Below, piece after piece: positions 1-13,611 of a stretch of 64,000 nucleotides of DNA. The stretch covers positions 3,906,001 to 3,970,000 of the forward strand of contig NC_043012.1 in NCBI RefSeq assembly GCF_006345805.1, read 5' to 3'. A program made the translations under genes and the position numbers. Source of the stretch: Octopus sinensis. Its lineage: Eukaryota. The notes beneath the pieces are model-generated. The model had not been told where the DNA came from. It was given only the letters and a program-made list of their open reading frames with translations, and searched no databases. How positions within the stretch are numbered: position 1 is the first letter of the stretch; every line of letters begins with the position of its first letter.

Positions 1-689
1 TGGGAAGTGAAAAAGTCTTTAATGTTTTGAGCCTATGCTCTTCCTCAGAAAGAAAATAAAGAATGTGTAGTGGCTAGCGATCTATCATGACACATATAAT
101 GAGCAGGTATGTGGTTAAGAAGCTTGATTCCCAATCACAGGTGAGTTTCAGTCCCATTGCAGCTTGGGCGAGGGTCTTCTTTTATAGCATGAAACTGGTG
201 AAAGCCTTGTGGGTGAACTCAAAAGAATCAAGAAGATAGATTGTGTGTGATCATTCAAGAAATAGAAATTGAATTTCCTTTGAATCAGGCTACATGATCT
301 TAGAAAAAAAGACAAATTAAATAACATAGTCTCAAGATATACTAAAAAAAAAGGGTGGGGGGAGATAGTCATGACTGGAATACATCAGATCACAAGTCCA
401 TAAGGTCAACATTGATCTGAGGCTAATAAACAAAAGCAACATTGAAGCAATGTAACAGGTAACCCAAACCAGAGTTGAACTCACAATTTTCCAGTCCATA
501 GTCAGAAAAATAATTCATTATGCCACATAACATAATGCATAAGGTACCTGACTTCACTTGACCTGCTAAAAATAGCAGCTAAATCTCCTTCAGATCACAG
601 AGGATAATGTAATGTCTAAGGAAGCAAAACAAAAAAAAATGATGGAATATGTCGTCACTATAACTCAACCATCCTCATCATCATTAAGA

Positions 690-1050
690 TAGCATCCATT
701 TTCTCATGTAAGCTTCTTGTCTGTTTAACCCACCAACCTAAAATCTGACCATATCACATTTACACACATTTTCTTGACATTTCTCTGCCACAAGGATCCT
801 TCTACTGACAGACGCACACAGTTGTTTTGCAACTCAGCACACACTCTGTCTGCTCACATCACATGACCATATCAGTGCAGCCTCCCACCTCTCTCACTCT
901 CCTCTTTACTTTTGCATTAATACTTTTTAATGCCCATTTCTTCTTCCAGCTCACCTTCGCTCTGCCTCGGATGCATTAATACATAAACAGACTTGGAGAA
1001 AATAACCATAACCATGACTACTAATAGATGAGTCGTAAATTTACAGAGTT
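690..1050 (-). mobile_element. Decayed RTE-clade LINE ORF C-terminal fragment
   Basis: The minus strand gives ELEEEMGIKKY*CKSKEE...RLH*YGHVM*...VEGS/CGREMSRK, resembling the RTE ELRxKLGI...RLRWYGHVxR...EGxCGRGRPRK segment. Confidence 0.55.
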
Positions 1051-1853
1051 TATATAATGATGTCCCAGTAGACTGAGTTGTGTTCTTATATTCTATTTTA
1101 TATTTGTTTTTCTTCCTAATTAAGTCACTTAAATATGTTTGCAGCATTTTATATAACTAACAAATAATGATTCTTTAATTTGGAAAGTTAACCTGACGTA
1201 GCTTCCCTAGATACTGTTGTAGTTTGCTCTGAGTCAGCCTTGAACAAACAGATTTATGAGCAAAGGTATTCTAGCCACAACCATCCATTCTATATTTTCT
1301 TCAGACATAATATATCTTGACCATATTATCCAATATGTGTCTTATTTATAATGATACTTGTGATTTAAAGGAAGGTTGGGTGTTATTTCTAGGTGGCTAA
1401 GTGACTACAAAGATGTCCCCAAATTGACTTTTCTAGACTTCCTAGTTTCCTATCTGCAAATTGCTTCAAACAAGCACAAAAACTAGAGATGGGCTCCAAC
1501 TTAATAAGTCATCATGAGACAAAGAAATATTTATTTAATGTTTCCTTAATGTAAAGTGCATGTGAGATGGACTATTGTGTTTTGAAATCACAAAAAAAAA
1601 ATACATCCTATAGAAATAAATTCAATCAAACTTTATACGAATTATGGAAATTTTAGGCAAAAAGTAAAGTATAGAGAAAGCTCCTTCATTCTTATCAAAG
1701 TAACTATATATAAAAAAAAAGAAAGAAAATGAGAACTGCAATCTATTCTAATCCTTTTTTTTTATAAAAAAAACTTTAGCCATTACAGATATGCATGTAT
1801 ACATACACACACATTTTCACATTGTAGGTATATTCATCCATAAACACATGGAC

Positions 1854-1926
<73 letters not shown>
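1854..1926. repeat. (AC)n microsatellite
   Basis: Directly visible; one of many AC, TA, GT and AAT tracts in the window. Confidence 0.95.
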
Positions 1927-1929
<3 letters not shown>

Positions 1930-2470
1930 CAATAAGCAGGATTGCTTGATTCTATTTGAATTCCATGAAAACAACTACGTCACATTGTTAGCAATCTCAG
2001 CTCCAACCAGTCAATGCACCCTTGATTGACCTTCCTACTGGCAGTCAGAGATTACAGTTGGATGTCTTCCGCTGGAAGATCTGCCATGCTGAAGAACCAG
2101 GCAGCTATTGAAGTTGAAAATGTCATGATATTATGGAATGGCTTCCCACAGCATGTACTGATCAGACAATCAGCCAATCGATTGGATACTATTAATAAAA
2201 GACTAGAAGGACACGAAATGGTTGCTAATGGACAGGAGTAGTTTTAAACAAGTATAGAGTAGGAATATATGATTTGTGGCAGTTAATAGCAATAATAATG
2301 TTGCTAACAACTGGTACATTAACAGCAATAACAATTGGTAGTGATTGGCATATTGGGAAAAAAGAGCTTTTAAGTTGGTTGAAACAACTTTAAGCTGCAT
2401 AAATTCGTGTATGTGTGTGTTTGCTTTAGCTACCTTTTTTCCATGCTACCATGGGTTAGACAAATACATA

Positions 2471-2704
2471 TTATTTCTTTATTGCCCACAAGGGGCTAAA
2501 CATAGAGGGGACAAACAAGGACAGACAAAGGGATTAAGTCAATTACGTCGACCCCAGTGCGTAACTGGTGCTTAATTTATCGACCCTGAAAGGATGAAAA
2601 GCAAAGTTGACCTCGGCGGAATTTGAACTCAGAACATAATGGCAGACGAAATACCTCTAAGCACTTCGCCAGGGGTGCTAACGTTTCTGCTAGCTCGCTG
2701 CCTT
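2471..2704 (-). mobile_element. tRNA-derived SINE family B, full length
   Basis: The minus strand reads AAGGCAGCGAGCTAGCAGAAACGTTAGC...GAGTTCAAATTCC (B-box)...GGGCAATAAAGAAATA. Many further copies occur. Confidence 0.85.
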
Positions 2705-3202
2705 TTACATATTTACAAATACATATTACTGAGACATTGTTTTAGAGCTGGATACCCTTTCTGTCACTAACCCTTACTTCCTTTTCAAAAAAAGGGATTT
2801 TTATCCCATGTCTTTGAAAGCAGAGCTTGCAGACAATTTGCTTGTAATGAATGACATCAAACTTCCCCATTTGTAATTCAGTGCTTCCCCCCACCCCAAG
2901 TTATGCACAAAATGTAAGCATTCACACACCCACCCTTTTCACAATAGACAATGTCATCGAAATGACATTCTATAAATAGAGCTAACAACAATGATTTTGC
3001 TCTGGGGCTATAACTTGGAGAGAGGTTACTTCAGCACAACATACAAATATACAGGCTAAATCTTTATAGGGGCTGCATCAACCCAATGGATACTGGCACT
3101 CACTAATCATATAATTTAAAAGAAACACCACTTTTTATGTCTCTAAGTGATGAATGGTCACAGAGAAGGGGATCATAATTGAGAAATTAATCCCAGTTTT
3201 TG

Positions 3203-3602
3203 ACTCTTTACTCTTTTAATTGTTTCAGTCATTTGACTGTGGCCATGCTGGAGCACTGCCTTTAGTCGAGCAAATCGACCCCGGAACTTATTCTTTGTAA
3301 GCCTAGTACTTATTCTATCGGTCTCTTTTGCCGAACCGCTAAATGACGGGGACATAAACACACAAGCATCGGTTGTCAAGCAATGCTAGGGGGACAAACA
3401 CAGACACACAAACATACACACACGTATATATACATATATACGATGGGCTTCTTTCAGTTTCCGTCTACCAAATCCACTCATAAGGCTTTGGTCAGCCCGA
3501 GGCCATAGTAGAAGACACTTGCCCAAGATGCCACGCAGTGGGACTGAACCCGGAACCATGTGGTTGGTAAGCAAGCTACTTACTACACAGCCACACCTGT
3601 GC
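3203..3602 (-). mobile_element. SINE family A, full length
   Basis: Reverse complement of 63135-63513, with many CpG-to-TpG/CpA changes. Confidence 0.85.
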
Positions 3603-3770
3603 CTGGTATTTACCACACAGCCACTCCTGCGACTGGTATTTATTTTATCAAATTAGGAGAAAAAAAAGCAGAAGGTATAAAAAACAAATTAAAAAAGAAT
3701 TAAAATCAACTCCTGAAGAATTCTGAACTTGGAAAACAAGAAAGGAAATTCATAAGTTTTCATAAACATA

Positions 3771-3896
3771 CAGTAATATCTCACTTTACGAGACCCCAGG
3801 TTTACGAGTTTTTACAAATTTTATTTTCTATTTATGAGTTTCCACTTTACAAGCGTTCTCCAGGAATGGATTAACTCATATATCAAGGCATTACTG
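3771..3896. mobile_element. Tigger/pogo-type MITE
   Basis: TA|CAGTAATATCTC...CAAGGCATTACTG|TA, imperfect TIRs with TA duplication. Confidence 0.7.
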
Positions 3897-5467
3897 TAAT
3901 CATAAAAGAAAAAGGTGGTGGGAGGGGGGGGGGGACATCAAAGTACAAACAAATTATTGAATACTGCTTAACAACTGAGAACTGAGAAGTAAATTGGAGG
4001 CTTTAATCATTACAATCAATAACTACCAAATATATTTGACAAAGGGCAATATTAAAACTGACGACTAAATATAGTTATTGATTCTTAAACTAGTTAGGTG
4101 GTGGGAATATTTGAATTTTTAAAAAACTCTAGAGAGTAATTTGGATGAATTGTTTGATTAAAGCTACAGAGATAATTGAAGAGATAACTGTCCAAGTAAT
4201 CTACTATTATACTGTGCATGTGTGAGTGTGTGTGTGGTCGTCTAGATGTTTGGATGTGAGTGCAGAAGGAGGAAAGAATACTTACATTATTCGTCTATAT
4301 GCAGATATACCACACACTGACACAGACATCAGTCACACACACACACACACACACACACATAGAAAAATGCCTCAAATGCAAATATATACACATATGGACA
4401 CGGCTTCACATAAAGACTTACAGGCAAACAGACAGGTAGACAGATATGTGGACATAAGGGAAGGGGCAGAGGAACTGACAAATAAACAATAACACAGTTT
4501 ATCTGAGAAAAAACAAAAAAAACAACAAAAAAAAAACTGAAAAAAAAGAAAAGGCATTAGCTAATCCATACATCTATAAGATGTCTACAATCAACTGAGC
4601 TGGGTCTTATTCACTAGTGCCACCACATTCACGCTAACAACATCTGTTCATTATTCCCCAAGCTGTATTTGCTGTATTGACTCTATTTAAAAAACCTTAA
4701 AAAGTTAGAAAAAAAAAAGATTTTTTTTTAAAAGGAAATTTTTTAATGCCAGAAGCCGAAGATGTTGCAAGAGAAAGGTTTCAATTAATCAACAAAGATC
4801 TCCAAACCAAAGCTAAATGCACACAAATTAAATGCAGGGAAACCAAATATTTTTTACACTATGATAGACAGAAAGGGGAAGGAGGAAGAAAAAATAGACG
4901 GGGGGGAAGGAGTAAATTGGTTAAAAAGTCCATCAGTTATTTATCAATATTATTATTATTATTACTGAGTTCAAATTTTGCTGAGGTCAACTTTGCCTTT
5001 CATCCTTTCGGGGACGATAAGTTAATTACCAGTGAAACACTGGGGTCAATGTATTCTACTAGTTACCCCCACCCCAATTTCAGGTTTTGTGCTTTTAGTT
5101 CATCATCATCATTGCGAGATCAGATAGAGCCTGGTGCAGCCTCTGGCTCGCCAGTCCTCAGTCAAACCGTCCAACCCATACCAGCATGGAAAGCGGACAT
5201 TAAACGATGATGATGATTAGTTGAAAGGGTTATTATTATTGTTAGTAGTAGCAAGGTGACAAGCTGGCAGAATCATTAGCAAACTGAGCAAAATGCTTAG
5301 CGGCATTTCATAGTTTTTACATTCTGAGTTCAAATTCTGTGAAGGTCGACTTTGCCTGTCGTCCTTATGGAGTCAATAAATTTAGTACCAGTTGTGTACT
5401 GGGGTCAATCTAATCGACTGCACCCCCCTCCTCCCAAATTTCATGCCTTGTGCCTATAGAAGAAAGG

Positions 5468-5498
<31 letters not shown>

Positions 5499-6373
5499 GT
5501 GGAGATAGACAAAATGCTTAGCGGTATTTTATTTGTCTTAATGTTTTGAGCTCGAATTCTGCAGAGACCAACTTTGCCTTCTATCCTTTCAGGGTTGATA
5601 AAATAAGTACCAGTTACACACTGGAGTTGATGTAACCAACTAGACCCTTTCCCCAAACATGCTGGCCTTGTGTCAAAATTTGAAACCGTTAGTAGTTAAG
5701 ATGACAGCAACATGATATGAAGTACTTTGCTCACAGACCAACATGCTGCCTGGTCTAAGATCTGAACCCACAATGATTGTAAGTCCAACAGCCTAACCAT
5801 AAGGCTGGTCTTTACGAAAGGAAGGGATAGAGGGAGGTAAACAGACAGATAGAGAGATGCAAGAATCAGTTTCATTGGAGAGGTTTGATATGATGTAACA
5901 AAGTTTTTTGGGTTAGCAGAGTTTATCTACGCAATTTAAAGGAACAAAATATTGAAAAAAGTGTTAAACCAGCAAGTAAAAATACCAAAAAGTGAAAACA
6001 TAAAAGTAAAACAAAAACGTGTAAAGATAAAATGTAAATGCCAACAACTCAGCTGAATAAACTTAAATTAGTGAAGTATGAGAGAATATTTACAGATAAT
6101 AGAGTTTATATCTAGGAAAAGTTATAAGATAAAACTGAAGAGAGAGTTGAGCAATAATGTATAACACAAGGAAGGAAGGAATATTTACTTGGAAGGAAAT
6201 CAGCATTGTACTAAAAAAACATAAAAGGTGATGAAGGAATAAGTACAAAACAAAATACATATTTTAAGTGTATATATGCAGGAGAAAAAAAATATACTAT
6301 AATAAATATTCACTATGATAATAATATAATATACTTATAATAAACACTGGAACTGTCTACCTTACACATACAC

Positions 6374-6442
<69 letters not shown>

Positions 6443-6475
6443 AGGTTTTGAGATGATGTACAGGTATTATATATT

Positions 6476-6771
6476 AGAAGAAATGAGGTAATCAGAAGAT
6501 CGGATGGTTTATATTTACAGATATTTATTTATATATTACATTTTTTACATATATATCATATCACTTAGTTCATTAGCGCTTTCTCCCATTCTAGTGGGGT
6601 TTTCAAATCAAAATAATTCCTTTGTGGGAATTATTTTGATTTGAAAACCCCACTAGAATGGGAGAAAGCGCTAATGATCTAAATGATATGATATATATGA
6701 AAAAAATGTAATATATAAATAAATATCTGTAAATATAAACCATCCGATCTTCTGATTACCTCATTTCTTCT
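6476..6771. mobile_element. 296-bp hairpin element embedded in (TA)n
   Basis: Two 145-bp arms with 3 mismatches and a 6-nt loop (tttgtg, 6621-6626), with (TA)n tracts on both sides. Confidence 0.8.
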
Positions 6772-6777
6772 TATATA

Positions 6778-6828
<51 letters not shown>

Positions 6829-7532
6829 TATTGTAACTAAATATTTGATCCTGTAGACTGTCTTCTATCATTCAATGAACAGTTATCTCTCTGTCTCTGT
6901 CTGTCTGTCTGTCTCTGTCTCTCACTCTCTCTCTATATATATATATAGAGAGAGAGAGAGGGGAGGGAGAGAGAGACAGACAGACAGACACATACATACG
7001 TGTGTGTGTGTGTGTATACAAATTGACAGTCATTGCAGTATCTAATTTATATGATATAAAACCTTCTGGTATTCATTGTGGCCCTCAGCATGCCGAGTTG
7101 AAATCCCACTGAGTTCGACTTTGCCCTTGAAGCCCATCAAGATAGATAAATAATATAAAGTACAAGTCAAAACTTCTCACCTCCACCTCTCTCTCTCTCT
7201 CTCTCTCTTCTCTTAAAGAAGTGGCTGTGGTCAGAGGAATGGGCTCCACCAGGTTTTGATAGATGCCCAAGAGACACTGCATATCACAACCAATTACATC
7301 TTATGACAGGTGCTACAGATGCTGCATCAGCAAGGCTTGAGAGGCCCATGAGCAGAATAATTTAATTAAATGATATATCAGTGGGGGTGAAGGCCTATTT
7401 CTTGGGAACAAGATCCAGGTTCAGAAGCATGTATATAATGTTGTATATAAATATATACAAAAGTAAAAAGTAATATGTATTTGGCCCTCATTTTGCATAA
7501 ATTTTATTTTGTTCCTTTCTGTTTTTGAAGAT

Positions 7533-7876
7533 CTTTTTATGTTTTACATTTCATTAGTCTGTGGCCATGTTGGGGCACCAACTTAGAGAGATGAATGAAT
7601 TTAGTCAAATGAATGAACCCCAGTACTTATTCTACTGGTCTCTTTTGTCAAATCACTAAGATATGGGGCCATAAACACACCAACACTGGCTGTCAATTAG
7701 TGGTGGGAGACAAACACACACACACATACACAAACAAATAGGCTTCTTTCAGTTTCCATCTACCAAATCCACTTACAAGGCCTTGGTCAGCTTGAGGCTA
7801 TAGTAGAAAACACTTGCCCAAGGTGCCACACAGTAGGACTGAACCCAGAACCATGTGGCTGGGAAGCAAACTTCTT
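7533..7876 (-). mobile_element. SINE family A
   Basis: Collinear with family A. Confidence 0.8.
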
Positions 7877-8081
7877 ACTACACAACCATGCCTGCACATA
7901 TATAATTGTATTTTGATAAAACAGATCCCATTCATAAAACAAGAGGTCATGTACTCATAAACAGATAAGAATATTCTGGTGCAAAAGTGAAGGAGAAAGT
8001 CAAAGGTACAAAATCAGGTAAAGGTGAATTAGGATGTTAGATATGAAAATATCTCTGTATGTGTGTGTGTGTGTTAGTGTG

Positions 8082-8375
8082 TGGAGGCACATGGCCTAGT
8101 GGTTAGAGCAGCAGACTTGTGGTTGAGGAATTACGGATTCGAATCTCAGACCGGGCGATGTGTGTGTTTATGAGCGAAACACCTAAGCTCCACGGGGCTC
8201 CGGCAGAAGGTAATGGCGAACTTCTGCTGACTCTTTCACCACAACTTACTCTCACTCCCTCCTGCATCTTGCAGCTCACCTGCGACGGACCGGCGACCTG
8301 TCCAGGTGGGGAACCTATACGCCAAGGAAACCGGGAAACCAGCCCTTATGAGCCAGGTGTGGCTCGAGAAGGAAC
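8082..8375 (+). mobile_element. tRNA-derived SINE family C (OR-like head)
   Basis: GGAGGCACATGGCCTAGTGGTTAGAGCAGCAGACT...GGATTCGAATCTC tRNA-like head, followed by a non-tRNA body. It is not a tRNA gene. Confidence 0.75.
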
Positions 8376-8404
8376 ACACACACATATATATATATACACA
8401 TACT

Positions 8405-8770
8405 CAAGCATGGCTGTGTAGTAAAACGTTTGCTTCCCAACCAGGGTTCAGTCCCACCTTATGGCACATTGGGCAAGTGTCTTCCACTAAAGTAGTGGGC
8501 CAACCAAAGCCTTATGAGAAGATTTGGGAGACGGAAACCAAAAGAAGCCTGACGTGTGTGTGTGTGTGTGTGCGTTTGTCCTCTGCTTGACAACTGGTAC
8601 TGGTGGGTTTACATAACTGTAACTTAGTAATTTGGCAATAGAGACTGACAGAATAAGTATTAGACAAAAAAAAAGTACTGGAGTCGATTCATCCAACTAA
8701 AATTTCTTGAAGGTGGTGCTCCAGCATGGCCACAGTCTAATGACTGAAGTAAGTAAAAAATAAAAGATAA
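8405..8770 (+). mobile_element. SINE family A
   Basis: Collinear with family A; directly follows a family C SINE. Confidence 0.8.
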
Positions 8771-11094
8771 AGTAAGTCTTATCCACACCAAAGTTGTACA
8801 TAAAACTTAAGCTGTTACATAATCAACAGAAAGTTTAAGCACGGAAATAAAACCTTTAATAAAAAACAAACTGGTTAGGATTATAATTAAGTGAAGATAA
8901 ACACTAAAGTAACAAACTGGGGGGAAAAAATTAAAAAAGCAATCAAGAATGAGATAATAATCTTAGGATCATAATAAAGGTCGTTAAAATCTGGTGGATT
9001 CCCAAATACAGCAAAAATAATATACAACAGAAAGGGGAGCAAGGAGTGAATTTATGGGTTAAAATATTTATAAAAAACTATTATCAAATTAAACATATTT
9101 ATTTGAAAACAGGTACAGAAAAATGTATTAGTAAAAGGGAAGGGTAGCTAGAGTGAATGAGATAGAAAGGAAGAAGGAAACCAACGGAAAAGAGGAGAGG
9201 AGGGAAGAGGGTAAAAGGAAAGGAAGAATTGATGGGAAAGGAATGAAATTTTATATAACTTTAGGTTTTAAGTGCTATCGGGATTTGGATTCATTTACAT
9301 GATAAAAATAGGGAAGAGTTTTATAAATGGAATGTAAATCTAAATGTAGATCTAAAAACGAGTAAAGCTAGAAGCTTAAGCGTTAGCATGTGGAACAAAA
9401 TGCTCTGCAATATTTCATGTCTTTACGTTCTGAGTTCAAACTCTGCTGAGGCCAACTTTGCCTTTTATCCTTTTGTGGGTTGATAAAATAAGCACCAGTT
9501 GAACACTGGCTTGAGGTAATAGACTTATCCCTTCCCCTAAAATATTCCTGGTCTTGTGCCAAAATTAGAAGTAGTAGTAGTAGCAGCAGCAGTAGGAGTA
9601 GAGATAGCTTGTTTCAATTTTAAAGAAGAAAAAAATGTTATAATTTTGCATAACCGAAAAAGAAAGTAAAAGAACGTAAGATATTAAGGGAGTAAGTACA
9701 GATTCCTTAAAAACAAAACCAAAAAAAAAAAAAGAATTAAAAAAGCCTAAAACCTTCAGAAAGTTATCATATAGTGAAAGAAAATGTACTGTACTAGAAT
9801 GTTGAACAAAGATCCCCAAAAAGCTACAGATATAATTAGTTCAGATAGTTGTAATATTTTCCAACCAATCTCAAACAAAATGTTGACACTCCTCACCAAA
9901 AAGATAAAAAAAACCCAAAAAACCCACAATTCTATGTAATGATGACGACTTATTCTGTCAGTCATACTGGAGCACCACCATGACAGGTAAACATTTTTAA
10001 TACTTTTTAAACAGATATGAAGAAAAAGTATTCACTCAACAAGATATAGGAATAAAGTTTTCGAGTATAGTGAAAGCACATAATATTACAGGTATTACTC
10101 AAACTAAATAAGTGACCTCTACAAAATAACTCAATTTGCTAGAAATAAAAGACAACTCTTCTGATGGATGACTGGATGGATTTACACCAGAAGGTCAAAA
10201 CTAAAATACCTTTGTTCACAGGCCTGCTGGGGTCAGAGATAACCAGGTGCTAAAGAACAATATGTATGTTTGGTTGACGAGGAGCACACTGATGTGGTCA
10301 CTTCAAGTACTAGAAATAACAGCCAAATCTTCCTCAAATACAGTTATTTTAAATAGAGGAGATACTAGATATAACAGTCATAGGTACTTACTTCTAAAAT
10401 GAGCGAATGGTTTTTATTTTGAGAATATAGTGAAAGGAGTCGAGTATATTATATTATGGTACTATTTGAAGTAATGAGGGAGCCTCTACAAGTGCATTCC
10501 AATCTACTAGAAATAACTAATCGTCCAATATAATAATAAAAAAAAAATACAGGATGGTTGCAGTTAGTATGCTTTTAATTAGAAGTCTACTCAATCAACT
10601 ACAACTGCTATTATTTTTGAGTTAATGACAGTTTCAAAGTTGTTTGACCAGTTGAATACCAAGCCAAATATCCTCGACAATTTTCCCACCATCTTTAAAA
10701 TGTTGACCACGCACTTTTTTTTTAATGTTTGGAGCACAAAGCTGCTCAAGCCACTGATTATTAACAAAATCAGTCAATATATGTACGAGAGACCAGCTGT
10801 ATGAGTATAGACATGTCATGTGAATGAATGCTAAGACTACTGAGTTAAAAAAAAAAAAATTAGCCCCTTGTAATGACAGTGGAAGAATTCTTGTAGGAAG
10901 AAGAGCAAATGTGTATCTTTTTCATCTTTCACTTGTTTCAGTCACTGGACAACAGCCATGCTAGGGCACTGCCTTGAAGGGTTTTTTTAGTCAAACAAAT
11001 CAAAACCAGGACTTGTTTTTTATTTAAACCTGGCACTTATTTTATAGGTCTCTCTTGCTTATGGGGATGTAGTCAAATCAACAATGGTTGTCAA

Positions 11095-11306
11095 CAGGGC
11101 TGCGGAGTTGGAGTCGTGGAGTCAGAGTCGGTGTTGTAAACAATTAAGGGGTAGTCGGAGTTGGAGTCGTGGAGTCAGAGTCAGAGTCAGAGTTGGAGTC
11201 GGTAAAATAGATCACTATCACTTAATCACATAGAGGAGTTGGTGTCAGAGGTGCTAATAGTAGAGGAGTTGGAGTCGAAGTTTTTTGTTACAACTCCACA
11301 GCCCTG
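11095..11306. mobile_element. hAT-type MITE with GGAGTC repeats, nested in a SINE
   Basis: CAGGGCTGCGGAGT...ACTCCACAGCCCTG with 8-bp TSD gttgtcaa/gttgtcca. The host SINE continues on both sides. Confidence 0.8.
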
Positions 11307-13389
11307 GTTGTCCAAGCAGTGGAGGGGGAACAAACACACTACACACACACACATGCAGCCGCACATACACACACAGATACACACACACACACACATGCAG
11401 CCGCACATACACACACACACACGTGCACATACATATGCACGCAGAAATATTTCAAAGTATTTTAAAATTAAACAGATAAATAATTGGAATTTTAATAGAA
11501 CTTGGAATCTTTACAGCTGAACTAATTATTCATGATTTCCACAGTTTATTTTAAATTAATTATATCTTTATATCTTTCTAAATTTAGTACATGTACTGCA
11601 AAAGGAAACTCATTATAATTTTGTGCAAATCTCTTTTTCAGACTCCTATAATGAAGCAGTAAAAGTGTTTAATTTTCTTTTTTAGTAATAAATAAAAAAT
11701 TTGTAAAATAAATAAATATAATAAATAAATAAAAAATTAAAAAATAATAAAATAAAATGAAGACAATAACATGCTGGCTGCTTCATCCAGTTTGACCATA
11801 TTCCAAACGGCTGAAATGATTAAAATAATAAACGAAAGAAGTGAATTATAACTAGCAGGGTTGATAAAGTGGAATGCTTCAAAAATTACCAGTAGTCATT
11901 AACAGTGTTATGAATTTGAGGCCTATCCAACTTGATTCTTAACCCTTTTGATCCCAAACCGACCTGAGACTGTCCCTGGTTCTGTGACACAAGCTTCTCA
12001 TTTCAAAGTGATCTAAATTAAAATTGTCCACCAAAATTTTACGTTAATCAATAACCTAACACCAGTTACATAATGACAGCGGTTTTACTGAATTCTTCAT
12101 TGTTTTCATAACCAAAGCAACAGAAATATGATAATGAAAGGACCAATGGTTTCAGTTTCAGTTTACATGGCTGTAAACAAGCAGCAGGCAGGAGATACAG
12201 CTTACTGTTAGCAGTAGAGAGTGAGAGATTAGGAATATAATAAAATTGTATCACAAGCTTGATTCCTAAACTACTAATGTTCTATGATGAAAAAAAGAGA
12301 AATAGAATTTAAAAAAAACACATCCTATGAGTTTCCTCCAGACTGTAATAATTTCCATCATTAATAAAATGTCTCACTTCATAAAGTGTTTAAATAACAT
12401 GTCGTGGGCTACGTTATGCTGATGATTTCTAAAAAAGAACGAAATAGTGCTGTATGTGAATTACATCTGGCTAGAAAAGTAAAAAAAAAAACAAAAAAAA
12501 ACTATAAATGATATGTGAATTCTATGTAAGTTTTTCCTTATAATTTCTTAATTGCAAATTCAAAATTCTAACTGGGCCAAATATTATAAGAAATGATTAT
12601 CTCCCTCATAATAGCTGTGACCACTAGGGAAACAACATGTGTTTGAAGAATCCTAATTCTTTAATTCTTTTTTCTAAATCACAATGATCTAAGGAACCAC
12701 CTTATTCATTTCTTGATTTTTGTGGCATTAAACATGAGAAACAAATTCCTTCAAGATAGTCAGCTGTACTATAAAAAAGAGACCCCCCCCAACACACACA
12801 CACACACTTCATAAGAAGAAATGAACTCAACAGTGGAAGCCAATGGATTATTCATCTACTCTTTAGTGCTCCCAATTCTTTACAGCTGTAAACTCTCCCA
12901 CCCATGGTACTTATTTAGTCAATGAGGAAGCCATTATGTAGTCGCTCAACATGCTAAAAGTAGCAGCCAAACTTCCTTCAAATCACATGCTACCATTTTT
13001 TTAAAAGACACATTAGACAATGTAGTTCTAGGTGTACAAAAAGAATGGATGGTCAGGGGTAGAGCACCTCTGACCATTAGTCTGGTCAATCAGAGTTGAA
13101 TTGGGACTAAACAACAACAGCTTATGATTAAAAAAGTAGTCTCAATGTAGTTGTTCAACTTAGTAGAAACAGCAGCTAAAATCTCCTTCAAACCACACCC
13201 TATCATCTTAAAAAAAGAAAAGAAAGAGGAGGACACATTAAATAAATCAAACCAAGACATATACCAGAATGGCAGATGCAATGGTCACCACTAGAATGTC
13301 TGCTTTTCCTCACTCTTCTGCTCAATCAAATGTGATTGGGGATTAAACTACAGAAACACTTCACACTGCATAGAATTAGATGCACAGAA

Positions 13390-13611
13390 TTAATGCTTTA
13401 GCATTTAAACTAGCCATATGCAGCTCAAATATTCTACTTGTTTTATATTTAAACCGGTCATTTCTGGCCTTTGATACCTACCCCACAATGTCATTCTAAA
13501 AAGTAAACAATCATATTAACAAAATCTTGAAGCTATGAAATAATGCATGATTAATTCAAAACAATTTGAATAAATATGCATTGACAATAATTTGAATACT
13601 AATGAGTATAA
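13390..13611. mobile_element. piggyBac-type MITE (same family as 20537-20750)
   Basis: Collinear similarity to 20537-20750, beginning TTAATGCTTTAGCATT. Confidence 0.6.

Noticed and set aside
917-1147. ORF ending ...EGELEEEMGIKKY with an AAG|gtgag donor-like site
   Set aside because: It continues through stops into RLH*YGHVM, an RTE LINE remnant, and does not match the expected USP3 exon 4.
2026-2241. 71-aa ORF with WKICHAE (other frame) and NGFPQHVL
   Set aside because: Not a host gene. It has a weak resemblance to a decayed Penelope RT C-terminal region, too weak to call.
8082-8155. tRNA-like sequence
   Set aside because: It is a SINE head continuing into a repeated body, with no intact acceptor stem. 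The same applies to the other tRNA-like heads.
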